A DNA stretch of 58,784 bases. It comes from an uncultured Coriobacteriaceae bacterium (GTDB taxonomy: Bacteria; Actinomycetota; Coriobacteriia; Anaerosomatales; Anaerosomataceae). Of this stretch, positions 9,027 to 18,470 are shown piece by piece; the first letter of the stretch is position 1; each line of letters starts with the position of its first letter. The translations under genes were made by a program, and so were the position numbers. The stretch is from NCBI GenBank assembly GCA_964392965.1, contig CAYMSA010000001.1, forward strand, positions 6,689 through 65,472, read 5' to 3'. The notes below the pieces were generated by a model. It saw nothing but the letters and a program-made list of their open reading frames with translations, did no database searches and was not told where the DNA came from.

Positions 9027-9863
9027 TCAGGACTTCGTGCCGGTCTGTCTCATCTTGAAGTGGGCGACGATCGCATCGACCAGCCCTGCCACGGTCGACG
9101 GCACCGCCTCGATGGCGGCGGGGACCCCTCGCTCCACAAGCGCGCCGGTCGTGATCGGGCCGATGCTCGCGGCCACGGCGGTGGCCATCACGGATGACAC
9201 GTCGAGACCCCCCGCTTCGAGCCACGCCATGAAATGCCTGACCGTCGACGGGCTCGTGAACGTCACCACCTGCACGGCTCCCGCGGCGAGCGTCTCGAGT
9301 GTGGCAGGAGCCGGAATCGCCGGCACCGTTCGGTATGCCGGGACGACATCCACGATAACACCTCTGGCCCTGAGGGAATCGGGCAGGATCTCGCGCGCTT
9401 CCTCCGCACGCGGGACAAGCACCCGCGAGTCGGCGCCGACACCTGCCGCGCCGAGCGCCTCGAGGAGCCCCTCGGCGCGGTAGTCCTCGGGCATCATGTC
9501 CGGCTCGAGTCCTGCCTCCTGCAGCCGTTCGGCGGTGCCTGAGCCCACCACGGCGATGCGCAGGCCCGCAAGCTGACGAAGGCTCACGCCGAGAGTGTTC
9601 GCCCGGCCGAGGAACCTGTCGACCGCGTTGACGGACGTCAGGACGATCCAGTCGTAGCGATGCAGGGCGATGAGCGCCTCATCCATCGGACGAGGGTCGG
9701 GAGGATCGATGATCGCGATCACCGGGGCGACGAGGACCGTGGCGCCGAGGCCCTCCAGTGGCTCCGCCAGCGCGGAGGCCTGGTGGGCCGTACGCGTCAC
9801 CAGCACGACGACACCGGCGAGCGGGCGAGTCGGATCGAGGGCGGCCTGTGGCTCCCGTGACAC
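9027..9863 (-). CDS. hemD: Uroporphyrinogen-III synthase
   Basis: 278-aa HemD-only protein (VVVLVTRTAHQASALAEPLEGLGATVL...; VTFTSPSTVRHF), positioned between hemC and hemB. Confidence 0.8.
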   Translation of the reverse strand: MSREPQAALDPTRPLAGVVVLVTRTAHQASALAEPLEGLGATVLVAPVIAIIDPPDPRPMDEALIALHRYDWIVLTSVNAVDRFLGRANTLGVSLRQLAGLRIAVVGSGTAERLQEAGLEPDMMPEDYRAEGLLEALGAAGVGADSRVLVPRAEEAREILPDSLRARGVIVDVVPAYRTVPAIPAPATLETLAAGAVQVVTFTSPSTVRHFMAWLEAGGLDVSSVMATAVAASIGPITTGALVERGVPAAIEAVPSTVAGLVDAIVAHFKMRQTGTKS

Positions 9864-9872
9864 GTCCGCTCC

Positions 9873-10832
9873 TCAGGTCCCGACGCGTTCGTCACGATCG
9901 CTGGAAGCACGGACCTCGGCCAGCGGTTCGGCGGCGCCGAGTTCCAGCAGACGCGTGGTCATCGCCCGCCCCAGCGACTCAGGATCACCCACACTCCCCG
10001 TCATGCGCTCACGGATGATACGGGTGCCGTCCACGCTCCCTACCAGCGCGTCCATCACGAGTGCCTCCGCCTCCAGGCGGGCGTATGCCCCGATAGGCAC
10101 CTGGCAGCCACCCTCGAGCAGCCGCATGACCGTCCGCTCGGCGGTGACGCACTCCATCGTCGCGGAGTCGGCGATTCGCTCCATGAGCCCGGCCACCCAC
10201 GAATCGTCTTCGCGGATCTCGATGCCGATGGCGCCCTGGCCCACGGCAGGTACCATCTCATCGACCGAAAGACGGTGCGTGATGCGGTCGGCCCACCCCA
10301 TGCGCGTGATACCGGCACTCGCGAGGACCACGGCGTCGACCTCTCCGCGCTCGGCTTTGAGCATCCGCGTATCGAGGTTGCCGCGCACGTCCACGATCTC
10401 GACGTCCGGACGCAGCGCGCGCACCTGGGCGACCCGCCGCAACGACGAGGTGCCGATGCGGGCGCCACGAGGCAGCGCCTGCAGGTCGCAGGACCTGCTG
10501 CCTACGAGCACATCGCGCGCATCAGCCCGCTCGGGCATGGCCGCGATGATGAGTCCATCCGGCAGTGTCGTGGGGACGTCCTTCATCGAGTGCACGCACA
10601 GATCGACCCCACCGGCCAGAAGCTCGACCTCGAGCTCCTTGGTGAACAATCCCTTGCCGCCGACCTTGGCGAGCGGGACGTCGAGCACCTTGTCGCCCGT
10701 CGTCTTGATGACTCTCAGGCTTACAGACGCGCCGGTCATCGGCTCCAACAGCGAGCGCACATACTCGGCCTGCCAGAGAGCGAGCTTGCTTCCGCGCGTA
10801 CCGATCACCAGGGCGGATCGCTCACGCTCCAC
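9873..10832 (-). CDS. hemC: Hydroxymethylbilane synthase (porphobilinogen deaminase)
   Basis: IGTRGSKLALWQAEYV, KTTGDKVLD, GKGLFTKELE, VHSMKDVP, GCQVPIGAYA. Confidence 0.93.
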   Translation of the reverse strand: MERERSALVIGTRGSKLALWQAEYVRSLLEPMTGASVSLRVIKTTGDKVLDVPLAKVGGKGLFTKELEVELLAGGVDLCVHSMKDVPTTLPDGLIIAAMPERADARDVLVGSRSCDLQALPRGARIGTSSLRRVAQVRALRPDVEIVDVRGNLDTRMLKAERGEVDAVVLASAGITRMGWADRITHRLSVDEMVPAVGQGAIGIEIREDDSWVAGLMERIADSATMECVTAERTVMRLLEGGCQVPIGAYARLEAEALVMDALVGSVDGTRIIRERMTGSVGDPESLGRAMTTRLLELGAAEPLAEVRASSDRDERVGT

Positions 10833-12186
10833 AGCAGCCCCGTTCTTCGGCCTCGGCCTGTTCGGTGTACTCGCCCGTCGTCCCTGACGCGATGACCGTT
10901 CGTATAGCCCTGCAGCGGGTCTCGTCCAGACAGTCGACGCCGAACAGGTCGCGGGCCACCTCCGTGTATGCGTACGCCTCCTGCCAGGAGGAGGCCTCCC
11001 GCAGGCGTGTGGTCGGTTCGTGGAGCAGCTTGTTGACGATACGTCGCGTCAGGCGCTCCACTGCCGCCGTCTCTTCAGCCGAGAGCCCGAGCCGTCGCAC
11101 CGTCTGAGCGACCTCCTGCTCCCTGATCTCCTCGGCACGACCCCGTATGGCCTTCACCGTGGGAACGACCTGCATCCAGCCGACCCACTCGAAGAAGGCA
11201 CGCATCTCCTCGTCGATGATCGCCTCGGCGCGGCCGGTCTCCGCACGGCGCCCCTCCATGTTGCAACGGACGACGCCGGAGAGGTCGTCGATATCGCACA
11301 GGTGCACGCCAGGGATCTCGGCGACTGCGGGGTCGATGTCCCGGGGCACCGCGATGTCGATAAGGAAGAGCGGCGCAGTCCGCTGGCTCATCACCCGGGC
11401 AAGCCCGTCGCGGGTGATGAGACACTCGGGCGATGAGGAGGAGGAGATGACGATGTCCGAGGCTGCGATTGCCTCGTAGAGCTGTTCGAAGGGGAGGGCC
11501 AGGCCGGAGAAGGCGCTCGCGAGCTCACGTGCGCGCTCGAACGTCCGGTTGACCACGAGTACCTGTGCGGCGCCCTGCCCCGCCAGATGCTTGGCTGTGA
11601 GCTCGGCCATCGCGCCAGCACCGACGAGCAGGACGGTGCGACACTCGAGGGAACAGAGGATCTGCCTGCCCTTCTCCACCGCAGCGTAGCCGACTGAGAC
11701 AGCCGAGCGGCTGATGCCCGTCTCCATCCGGACGCGCTTACCCACTTCGAAGCTCTGGCGGAAGAGGCGGTTGAGGACGCGACCCGTCGTCCGGGCTTCG
11801 GATGCGGCCCGGTACGCCTCCTTGAGCTGTCCGAGTATCTGCGCCTCCCCCACCACCATGGAGTCCAGCGAGGAGACGACCCGGAAGAGGTGGCGCACCG
11901 CCCGCTCACCCATCATCACGTACAGATAGCGCTTGAAGTACTCGGAGTCCAGCCGATGGAAGCTGTCGAGGACATCGAGGACCAGGCCCGGTCCGTCACA
12001 CGAGGCAGACGTCACCGCGTAGATCTCGGTGCGGTTGCACGTGGAGAGGATCACGACCTCGTGCACGTCCTCCTGCTCGCGAAACAACTCAAGCGCCTTG
12101 TCCTGTGCGTGCTTCGGGAAGGCCAACTGCTCGCGAACCTCGATGGGTGCTGTCTTGTGGCTGACACCGATGACGAACAGACGCAT
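10822..12186 (-). CDS. hemA: Glutamyl-tRNA reductase
   Basis: MRLFVIGVSHKTAPIEVRE, ILSTCNRTEIYAV, NAD-binding VLLVGAGAMAE. TGATG overlap with the hemY stop. Confidence 0.93.
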   Translation of the reverse strand: MRLFVIGVSHKTAPIEVREQLAFPKHAQDKALELFREQEDVHEVVILSTCNRTEIYAVTSASCDGPGLVLDVLDSFHRLDSEYFKRYLYVMMGERAVRHLFRVVSSLDSMVVGEAQILGQLKEAYRAASEARTTGRVLNRLFRQSFEVGKRVRMETGISRSAVSVGYAAVEKGRQILCSLECRTVLLVGAGAMAELTAKHLAGQGAAQVLVVNRTFERARELASAFSGLALPFEQLYEAIAASDIVISSSSSPECLITRDGLARVMSQRTAPLFLIDIAVPRDIDPAVAEIPGVHLCDIDDLSGVVRCNMEGRRAETGRAEAIIDEEMRAFFEWVGWMQVVPTVKAIRGRAEEIREQEVAQTVRRLGLSAEETAAVERLTRRIVNKLLHEPTTRLREASSWQEAYAYTEVARDLFGVDCLDETRCRAIRTVIASGTTGEYTEQAEAEERGCCGA

Positions 12187-13763
12187 CAGGACCGCTTCCT
12201 TCCCGGAGCCGCACCCGGCAGAGCCGGGTCCTCTTCAGAGACGATGCCCCATTCGGCGAACAACTTCGTCACCGCCGCCTCACCACTCTCGATGCAGTTG
12301 GGAATGCCGACACCATGGTACGCACCGCCCGCGAGCGCGATGCCTGTAAGCGCGTCGAGGCGCCGCTCGATGACCGACACACGGTCCAGATGCCCGAGCG
12401 TGTACTGGGGCATCGCCCGCTCCCATCGGTAGACCTTCGCGAAGACGGGCTGCGCATCAGGCTCGATGCCGAGCAGCTCCACCATCTCGCGCCGTACCGA
12501 CTCGATCATCTCGGCGTCCGTCAGCTCCATGAGGTGCTGGTTCTGCGGTCCGCCGATGAAACCGCGCAACAGCACACGATTACCAGGAGCGCGGTCCGGC
12601 CACTTGGACGACGACAGGGTAAGGGCGAGCACCGAGCGCTTCTCCACCAGAGGACACAGGATACCGAACCATCCACGGTCGAATGGACAGTCTTCGGCGC
12701 GAAACGCCATGGGGACCGTCGCGGAGGAGGAGTACGGGATGCAGGCGAGCAGGTCGGCAGCCTCCGGGTCCACGCCGGCGAGGAGGTCGGACGCCGCCCA
12801 GGCCTCGGTCGCGACGACGACCGCATCGGCCTCCAGCGCCTCGCCCGTGTCGAGCTCAACCCGCCAACGGCCATCGGCGAGGCGGTCCAGCGGCGAAGCG
12901 GCCACTCCGGTCATGATGCGCTCCGGCCCCACGGCCTCGCCGAGTGCGTCGGTAATCCGCTGCATCCCGCGCTCGAAGCTGTTGAAGAAGGCCCAGGGTT
13001 TCCCGCCGGGAGGCGCAGGATGCCGCCTGCGCGCCTCCTCGCGGCGCTTGCGCTCGGCGAGGAAGCCGAGGATGAGCGAGCCGTGCTCCTGCTCCATCTC
13101 GAGGAAGTTGGGGAAGGTGGCCGCCAGCGACATCCGCGAGGGGTCGGAGGCGTGAACGCCGCCGACGAGCGGTTCGGCGAGACGGTCGAGCGCCTCGCGT
13201 CCCATACGGCGCACCACGAAGCTCTCGAGGCTCTCGTCGTGGTCCCGGGCGCTCTCACCGGGCGCCCAGCGTGACTTCCTCGGCAGGACCAGGTCGAGCG
13301 CCATCCGGAACTTCGCCGGCCACGAGTAGAGCGACGTGGTGGCGAACGGCACGATCTTCGTCGGCGCGAACATCATGATGCCATCGGGGACCTCGATGAG
13401 ACGATGGCCCTTCACGATGAGCGTCTTCTTGTTCTCCTCGCGAGCGGGCACGATCTCGTCGGCGATGCCGAGCATCCCCGCTACGCGACGCACCGCCGGC
13501 TTGGCGGCGACGAACGCGTCCGAGCCGCCGTCGACGACGTACTCGCCGCCACCGGCCCCGGAGATGATGTCCGTGCGGAGCTTTCCGCCGAGACGGTCGC
13601 TTTTCTCAAGGAGCAGACAGTCGACGTCATAGCCGGCCTCGGCCGCGCGCCGCACCTTGTACGCGGCCGCCAGCCCCGCCGCACCGCCGCCGATGATGAT
13701 TACCTGCCTCACAGACGTCCTCTCAAGTGCCCCCGGCAGCTCACCGGTGCACGTGGTCCTCAT
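12186..13763 (-). CDS. hemY: FAD-dependent coproporphyrinogen/protoporphyrinogen oxidase (HemY/CgoX type)
   Basis: IIIGGGAAGLAAAYKV dinucleotide fold and C-terminal GVGIPNCIESGEAA, typical of HemY. ATGA overlap with the hemH stop supports the 13763 start. Confidence 0.85.
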   Translation of the reverse strand: MRTTCTGELPGALERTSVRQVIIIGGGAAGLAAAYKVRRAAEAGYDVDCLLLEKSDRLGGKLRTDIISGAGGGEYVVDGGSDAFVAAKPAVRRVAGMLGIADEIVPAREENKKTLIVKGHRLIEVPDGIMMFAPTKIVPFATTSLYSWPAKFRMALDLVLPRKSRWAPGESARDHDESLESFVVRRMGREALDRLAEPLVGGVHASDPSRMSLAATFPNFLEMEQEHGSLILGFLAERKRREEARRRHPAPPGGKPWAFFNSFERGMQRITDALGEAVGPERIMTGVAASPLDRLADGRWRVELDTGEALEADAVVVATEAWAASDLLAGVDPEAADLLACIPYSSSATVPMAFRAEDCPFDRGWFGILCPLVEKRSVLALTLSSSKWPDRAPGNRVLLRGFIGGPQNQHLMELTDAEMIESVRREMVELLGIEPDAQPVFAKVYRWERAMPQYTLGHLDRVSVIERRLDALTGIALAGGAYHGVGIPNCIESGEAAVTKLFAEWGIVSEEDPALPGAAPGRKRS

Positions 13764-14725
13764 CGATCCAGCAGTTCACGGGCCGCCCGCGCAATCGCGC
13801 ACGCCAGCCGGGGATCCGCATTCGGCAGTGCCGAGCGAACGAACGAGACGCCGGCTTCCTCGGCCACCGAACGTGCTACGACGTCGAGATCGTAAAGCGT
13901 CTCCATGTGGTCCATCACGAACCCTACCGGCACGACGACGACACCTCGATGGCCCGCTGCCGGCAGGAGTCTTATCACATCGTCGAGGTCCGGCCCGAGC
14001 CAGTCACCGCCGCGGGCACCGCGCGACTGGTACGCAAGCAGCCACGGCCGCGCCCCGGCCGCCGCGCCGAATGTCGGGACGCCGGGAATCGGCTCGCACC
14101 GTGCGCCGCCTGCAAGACCAAGCCGCCCGGCGATCTGTGCGACCACGGCCTCGAGGCCGCGTACGTACGCGTCGTCGCGGCGCGCCTCCTCGGCTGGCAG
14201 GCTGTGCGCGGTGAAGACGAGCGGCGCGCCCGGCACATCACAGGCCGCGAGCGCATCGAAGATCGCACGGCAATGCAGGTCGACGAAGACCGGCGATTCG
14301 CAGAGAAGCGGCACCTCGACCGAGCTCACCCCGGGATGCCCGAGGAGCGCGTCAGCCAGCGCCTCGCGATAGCTGTCGACCGTGATCGCGGCAGGATACG
14401 GCGAGAGCGAGACCAGCGCGATCCGATCCGCGCCCTGCGAGACGAGCGCGTCCACGGCATCCGCGATGTACGGGCGCCAGTACCGCATCCCCACCTCCAC
14501 CGGAAGCGGGGTGCCCGCTGCTGCGAGCTCGGCCGAAACCGCCCCGGCAAGCTCGCGTGCGGTGAGGAGAAGCGGTGAGGACCCGCCGATCGCCGCGTAG
14601 CGCGCAGTGACGCGCGCGACGAGGTCAGCCGACGGCTCCCGACCCGTGAGCTCGCGCAGGAATGGCGCGACCGCTCCAGGCGAGTCGGGTCCGCCGTATC
14701 CCGCGATGAGAATGCCGCCGCGCAC
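13760..14725 (-). CDS. hemH: Ferrochelatase (HemH/CpfC type)
   Basis: GYGGPDS, SPLLLTARE, VFTAHSLP, PVGFVMDHMETLYDLD. Confidence 0.9.
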   Translation of the reverse strand: MRGGILIAGYGGPDSPGAVAPFLRELTGREPSADLVARVTARYAAIGGSSPLLLTARELAGAVSAELAAAGTPLPVEVGMRYWRPYIADAVDALVSQGADRIALVSLSPYPAAITVDSYREALADALLGHPGVSSVEVPLLCESPVFVDLHCRAIFDALAACDVPGAPLVFTAHSLPAEEARRDDAYVRGLEAVVAQIAGRLGLAGGARCEPIPGVPTFGAAAGARPWLLAYQSRGARGGDWLGPDLDDVIRLLPAAGHRGVVVVPVGFVMDHMETLYDLDVVARSVAEEAGVSFVRSALPNADPRLACAIARAARELLDR

Positions 14726-15796
14726 CTACACCGAGCCCCTGATCCGCCGGGAGTGCTCGTGCACCGCGTCGATCATCGTGCGGACCTTCGCAGGGTCGCT
14801 CGTCTTGTGGATGCCATGGCCGAGGTTGAAGACGTGCCCGGGGCGCGAGCCGACCGCCTCGAGTATCTCGGCCACCATACGCTCAAGCTCGTCGTCCGGA
14901 GCGAACAACGCGACCGGGTCGATGTTGCCCTGTATCGCGAAGCGCGGATCGATCCTCCGCACGGCGTCGCGCATGTCCAGGCGCCAATCGATACCGAGCA
15001 CATCGCCCCCCGCCTGCTGGACGAGGTCGAGCATCGACGTCGCGCCATTGGGGAAGTGGATGACCGGCACGCCACCTGCCGCGACCGCCGAGCCATGCGC
15101 GGTCACCGCGTCGATCACCCGGCGGGTGTAGGGGAGCACCGACCGCTCGTAGTCCCTCGGAGCCACGTAGCCGACCCAACTGTCGAAGAGCTGTACGACC
15201 TGGGCACCGGCGTCGATCTGCGCCGACAGGTAGGCGATCACCGTGTCCGAGATCTTCGTCATGAGCTCGTCCCAGGCAGCTGGCTCACCCCACATGAGTG
15301 CCTTCGTGTGTTCGTAGTCGCGGGTGCCGTGCCCCTCGATCATGTAACTTGCCAGGGTGAAGGGTGCCCCGGCGAAACCGATGAGCGGCACCTTGTGTTC
15401 CAGCTCCCGCCGGAGCAGAGCTATGGCCTCCATGACGAAGCCCGTGTCCTCCAGCGGATCGGCCACCTTGAGCTGCCGGACGTCCCGGGCGCTACGCACC
15501 GGATTGTGGATCACCGGGCCTTCGTTCTTCGCAAACTCGAGATCGAGGCCCATGCCGGGAAACGACACCAGGATGTCACTGAAGAGGATGGCCGCGTCCA
15601 CCTCAAACGCGTCGACCGGCTGCAGGGTCACCTCGACGGCCAGCTCGGGCGTGCGACACATCTCGAGGAAGCCGTACCGCGCACGCAGGGCCCGATACTC
15701 GGGCATGTAGCGACCGGCCTGCCGCATCATCCAGACGGGCGTGCACTCGGTGGGCTCCCGGCGGACGGCTCGGAGGAAGAGATCGTTGTAGGGCAT
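14726..15796 (-). CDS. hemE: Uroporphyrinogen decarboxylase
   Basis: PVWMMRQAGRYMPEYRALR, ILFSDILV, FDSWVG, HVFNLGHGI. Confidence 0.93.
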   Translation of the reverse strand: MPYNDLFLRAVRREPTECTPVWMMRQAGRYMPEYRALRARYGFLEMCRTPELAVEVTLQPVDAFEVDAAILFSDILVSFPGMGLDLEFAKNEGPVIHNPVRSARDVRQLKVADPLEDTGFVMEAIALLRRELEHKVPLIGFAGAPFTLASYMIEGHGTRDYEHTKALMWGEPAAWDELMTKISDTVIAYLSAQIDAGAQVVQLFDSWVGYVAPRDYERSVLPYTRRVIDAVTAHGSAVAAGGVPVIHFPNGATSMLDLVQQAGGDVLGIDWRLDMRDAVRRIDPRFAIQGNIDPVALFAPDDELERMVAEILEAVGSRPGHVFNLGHGIHKTSDPAKVRTMIDAVHEHSRRIRGSV

Positions 15797-15927
15797 AGGC
15801 TCGAATCCTCGTCTGTTCGACGAACGGCGTCAGGCGCCTATGCTACCACGGGCGATAGGTGCTCTCGGCGCGTGCTACCCTAACGGTTGCGCAACTACCG
15901 ATCGCTCGTCTTCCGGAGGCTCCGTTC

Positions 15928-17124
15928 ATGGCCCACATCCGCTCGCTCTTCTTCGAAGGACCACTCGCCGAGGTCGAAGACAAGGCGCTCAAGGCAGCCC
16001 GGCTGGGACGGCCTTCGGACGTCATCTGGAACATCACGAACCGCTGTAACCTCCGGTGCGACCACTGCTACATGGCAGCAGACGCGCATGCCCTTCCCGA
16101 TCAGCTCTCCGACGCAGAGGCGATCGACCTGGTCCGGCGGATGGGCGAGGCAGGTGTGCCCGTCGTCTTCCTCTCGGGCGGCGAGCCTATGATGCGCCCG
16201 AACTTCTGGGAGATCCTCGCCGAGGTCAACGCCCAGGGCGTGCGCCCCACGATATCCACGAACTGCACGCTCATCGACGATGCGGCCGCGAGGCGCCTGA
16301 AAGAGTACGGTGTGCGCTGGATCGCCACCTCTCTCTACGGGCCCGCCGACTTCCACGACACGATGGTGGGTGTCCCGGGCACCCACGCACGCGTCCTCGA
16401 TGCCGTGCGCGCACTGCGGGCTGAAGGCGTCGGCGTGGTGCTCAAGACCGCCCTCTCGCGCCACACCTGGCCGTACATCTACGACATCATCCAGACAGCT
16501 AAGGACCTCGACTGCGGGCTCGTCTACATCTGCGACCTCATCACCTCGGGCAGGAGCGCGGGCGAGGACGACGCGCGCGTCTCGACCACCCAATGGCGGG
16601 AGCTCGCCGACTTCATCGTGGAGGACATGCTCGCCCCCGACGTGACGCTCGAATACGACGTGGGCGCGCTGCCCTCGGTCGTCCCCTACATCGCCGAGCG
16701 GTTCACCGAGCGCGGCGTCGATGTCACGAAGGGCTTGGAGCGCCTGAAGATCATGAGCGCATGTCCTGTCGGCAAGGGACACATGACCATCACCTCGGAG
16801 GGCGGCATCATGCCGTGCCAGTTCGCCCAGGACTGGATCGTGGGCAACGTCCGCGACATGTCACTCGCCGAGGCCACGCGCGCCCTGCACGCGATCGACC
16901 TCGAGGAGTGCACGGGCGCGTGCGCGCCCTCGGCATGCACGTACTCACGCATCTGCCGGGGCTGCCGCGTGAAGGCCTGGCAACGCGAGGGCGACTACCT
17001 CGCCGAGGACACCACGTGCATCCTGTACCCACGGTCCACGGAGTCGCCGGTCGATATCCCCGGCGTCTCGAATCCCGCCCATCCGTCGGCTGGCGGTCCC
17101 TGCCATATGATGGGCGGCTGCTGA
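15928..17124 (+). CDS. Radical SAM/SPASM enzyme, AhbC/NirJ1-like
   Basis: VIWNITNRCNLRCDHCY (CxxxCxxC), FLSGGEPMMRPN, C-terminal Cys-rich region (CPVGKGHMTITSEGGIMPC ... CRGCRVKA). Start trimmed to Met24 (15928), preceded by GGAGG. Divergent from hemE. Confidence 0.65.
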   Translation: MAHIRSLFFEGPLAEVEDKALKAARLGRPSDVIWNITNRCNLRCDHCYMAADAHALPDQLSDAEAIDLVRRMGEAGVPVVFLSGGEPMMRPNFWEILAEVNAQGVRPTISTNCTLIDDAAARRLKEYGVRWIATSLYGPADFHDTMVGVPGTHARVLDAVRALRAEGVGVVLKTALSRHTWPYIYDIIQTAKDLDCGLVYICDLITSGRSAGEDDARVSTTQWRELADFIVEDMLAPDVTLEYDVGALPSVVPYIAERFTERGVDVTKGLERLKIMSACPVGKGHMTITSEGGIMPCQFAQDWIVGNVRDMSLAEATRALHAIDLEECTGACAPSACTYSRICRGCRVKAWQREGDYLAEDTTCILYPRSTESPVDIPGVSNPAHPSAGGPCHMMGGC

Positions 17125-17213
17125 CGCCGCTCCCCTCACGAGAACCCCGTGCCGCTTACACCCGTCTCACGCATGGGTAGCATCGTAGGAGGACTCACCC
17201 GAGGAGGTCTCTC

Positions 17214-17672
17214 ATGTGGCTCACATCAGCATCCAGATCCACCTGGCGCATTGCGCTCGTGCTGGCGGCGATAGCCCTCGCCGCTCTCGCTCTTGTCGGC
17301 TGCACTTCCGATGGAGGCAACAGTTCCGGAAACAGTGACGGCGCATCCGATGGCGGCGGCGCTGACACCGGCAGGGCCCCGGGGCTGTGGGACAAAGGTG
17401 ACGGCACGTCCGAGGCCATCGGCATGCTCCAGTGGATCGACCTCGAAGGAGGGTTCTGGGCGATCGTCGACAACACCGCCGACGGGGACGGCACGGTTGT
17501 CGTGGTGATCCAGAACGCCGACGAGTTCACCAACACGATCGCGTCGCTGAAGGGCCGCATGGTCATCGCGACGGGCACGATCCACGAAGGTCCGTCGATA
17601 CGCATGGCCGGACCCGAGATGATCGCTGACTCCATCGAAGCGTTCGACGCTCCAGCCGGAGCGGCCGAGTAG
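17214..17672 (+). CDS. Small secreted lipoprotein, function unknown
   Basis: Signal peptide with lipobox LVGC, then a Gly/Ser/Asp-rich linker and a roughly 90-aa globular domain. Confidence 0.6.
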   Translation: MWLTSASRSTWRIALVLAAIALAALALVGCTSDGGNSSGNSDGASDGGGADTGRAPGLWDKGDGTSEAIGMLQWIDLEGGFWAIVDNTADGDGTVVVVIQNADEFTNTIASLKGRMVIATGTIHEGPSIRMAGPEMIADSIEAFDAPAGAAE

Positions 17673-17726
17673 ACAGCCGTGCGCACATGGCGCGCCCGCA
17701 CCCAGTAGGCGTGCCATCTGGCCGTG

Positions 17727-18155
17727 CTACTTCACGAACAGCCCGGCGATCTTCATGTCGGGCGCGAACGTGATCGTATAGGTGAGCGTCTTCTCGGCGT
17801 ACGTGGCCTCGGCCACCACGGCAGCGTAGTCGGTGCCAGTCTTCTTGTCCGAGCTTCCGACGACGGCCATCTTCGAGACCTCGGAGAAGGTACCCGCCTC
17901 GTCTACGAGCACGTACACCTGCTGCATGACGTCGTCGGTCAGCGCGTTGGCGACCTCGTCGGTGCTCATGGCCTTGATGGACCCGGTGTCCCCGGCGTTC
18001 ACCAGCTCGATGACGTCGAGCGCGGTCGCTTCGACGACCTCCTGATCGAACGCGTCCGAAAGCGCAGTGCTCCCGCAGGCCGTGAGTGCGACAAGCGCCA
18101 GTACCACGATGGTGGCCGTCATCGCGATACGCAGGGTGCTCGATACCCGTCTCAT
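17727..18155 (-). CDS. Lipoprotein, DUF3887-like
   Basis: Start trimmed to MRRVSSTLRIAMTATIVVLALVALTACGS (lipobox LTAC). The mature part (FDQEVVEATALDVIELVNAGD...TYTITFAPDMKIAGLFVK) resembles DUF3887. Confidence 0.5.
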   Translation of the reverse strand: MRRVSSTLRIAMTATIVVLALVALTACGSTALSDAFDQEVVEATALDVIELVNAGDTGSIKAMSTDEVANALTDDVMQQVYVLVDEAGTFSEVSKMAVVGSSDKKTGTDYAAVVAEATYAEKTLTYTITFAPDMKIAGLFVK

Positions 18156-18315
18156 GCTCCCACCCTCCCAGATCCTCGGACCGACTCTGGCCGAACGACC
18201 GCCGGACGGCGATGTCGCCACGTGAAGCGGACACGCTTACGATACCCCATCGGCATTCATCAGTGGTGCTCACGCACGGTGTGTCGCTCAGAGTCGCTGA
18301 GACGTGCAGGGCTTC

Positions 18316-18345
18316 TTGACGCTGTCACTCAGGCTCTGCTAGCGT
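18316..18345 (+). promoter_or_regulatory. Candidate sigma-70-type promoter for the fmdE leader
   Basis: TTGACG (18316..18321), 18 nt spacer, TAGCGT (18340..18345). A weak -10; by-eye call only. Confidence 0.3.
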
Positions 18346-18432
18346 TTGGATGCCCGCACACCGCCGACGGTGTGCATGCGGAACCGATCCGCGAGCACTG
18401 CGAGCATGACCGCACTCACGAGGGCCATTCGA

Positions 18433-18470
18433 GGCCGCGAGCAACGCTGACGTTGCCGTGGTCTTTTTTT
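18433..18470 (+). terminator. Strong intrinsic terminator inside the 5' leader of fmdE (attenuator, riboswitch expression platform, or 3' end of a small RNA)
   Basis: GGCCGCG(A)GCAACG-cuga-CGUUGCCGUGGUC followed by U7 (18464..18470), the only long T-run I found outside coding sequence in the window. It lies 38 nt upstream of the fmdE ATG (18509), with no plus-strand gene upstream to terminate. Confidence 0.65.

Noticed and set aside
15797-15812. GGCTCGAATCC string resembling a tRNA T-arm
   Set aside because: No flanking acceptor, D-arm or anticodon-arm complementarity, and it lacks the TTCGAAT loop. It is the hemE RBS region (GAGGAT on the minus strand).
18285-18345. GCTGAGA and GGATGCCCGC strings reminiscent of a TPP riboswitch
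   Set aside because: The obligatory ACCUGAUCUGG-type pyrimidine-sensor helix is absent, and the downstream genes are not thiamin-related. The GGGAA and GCCACUG cores of the cobalamin consensus are also absent.
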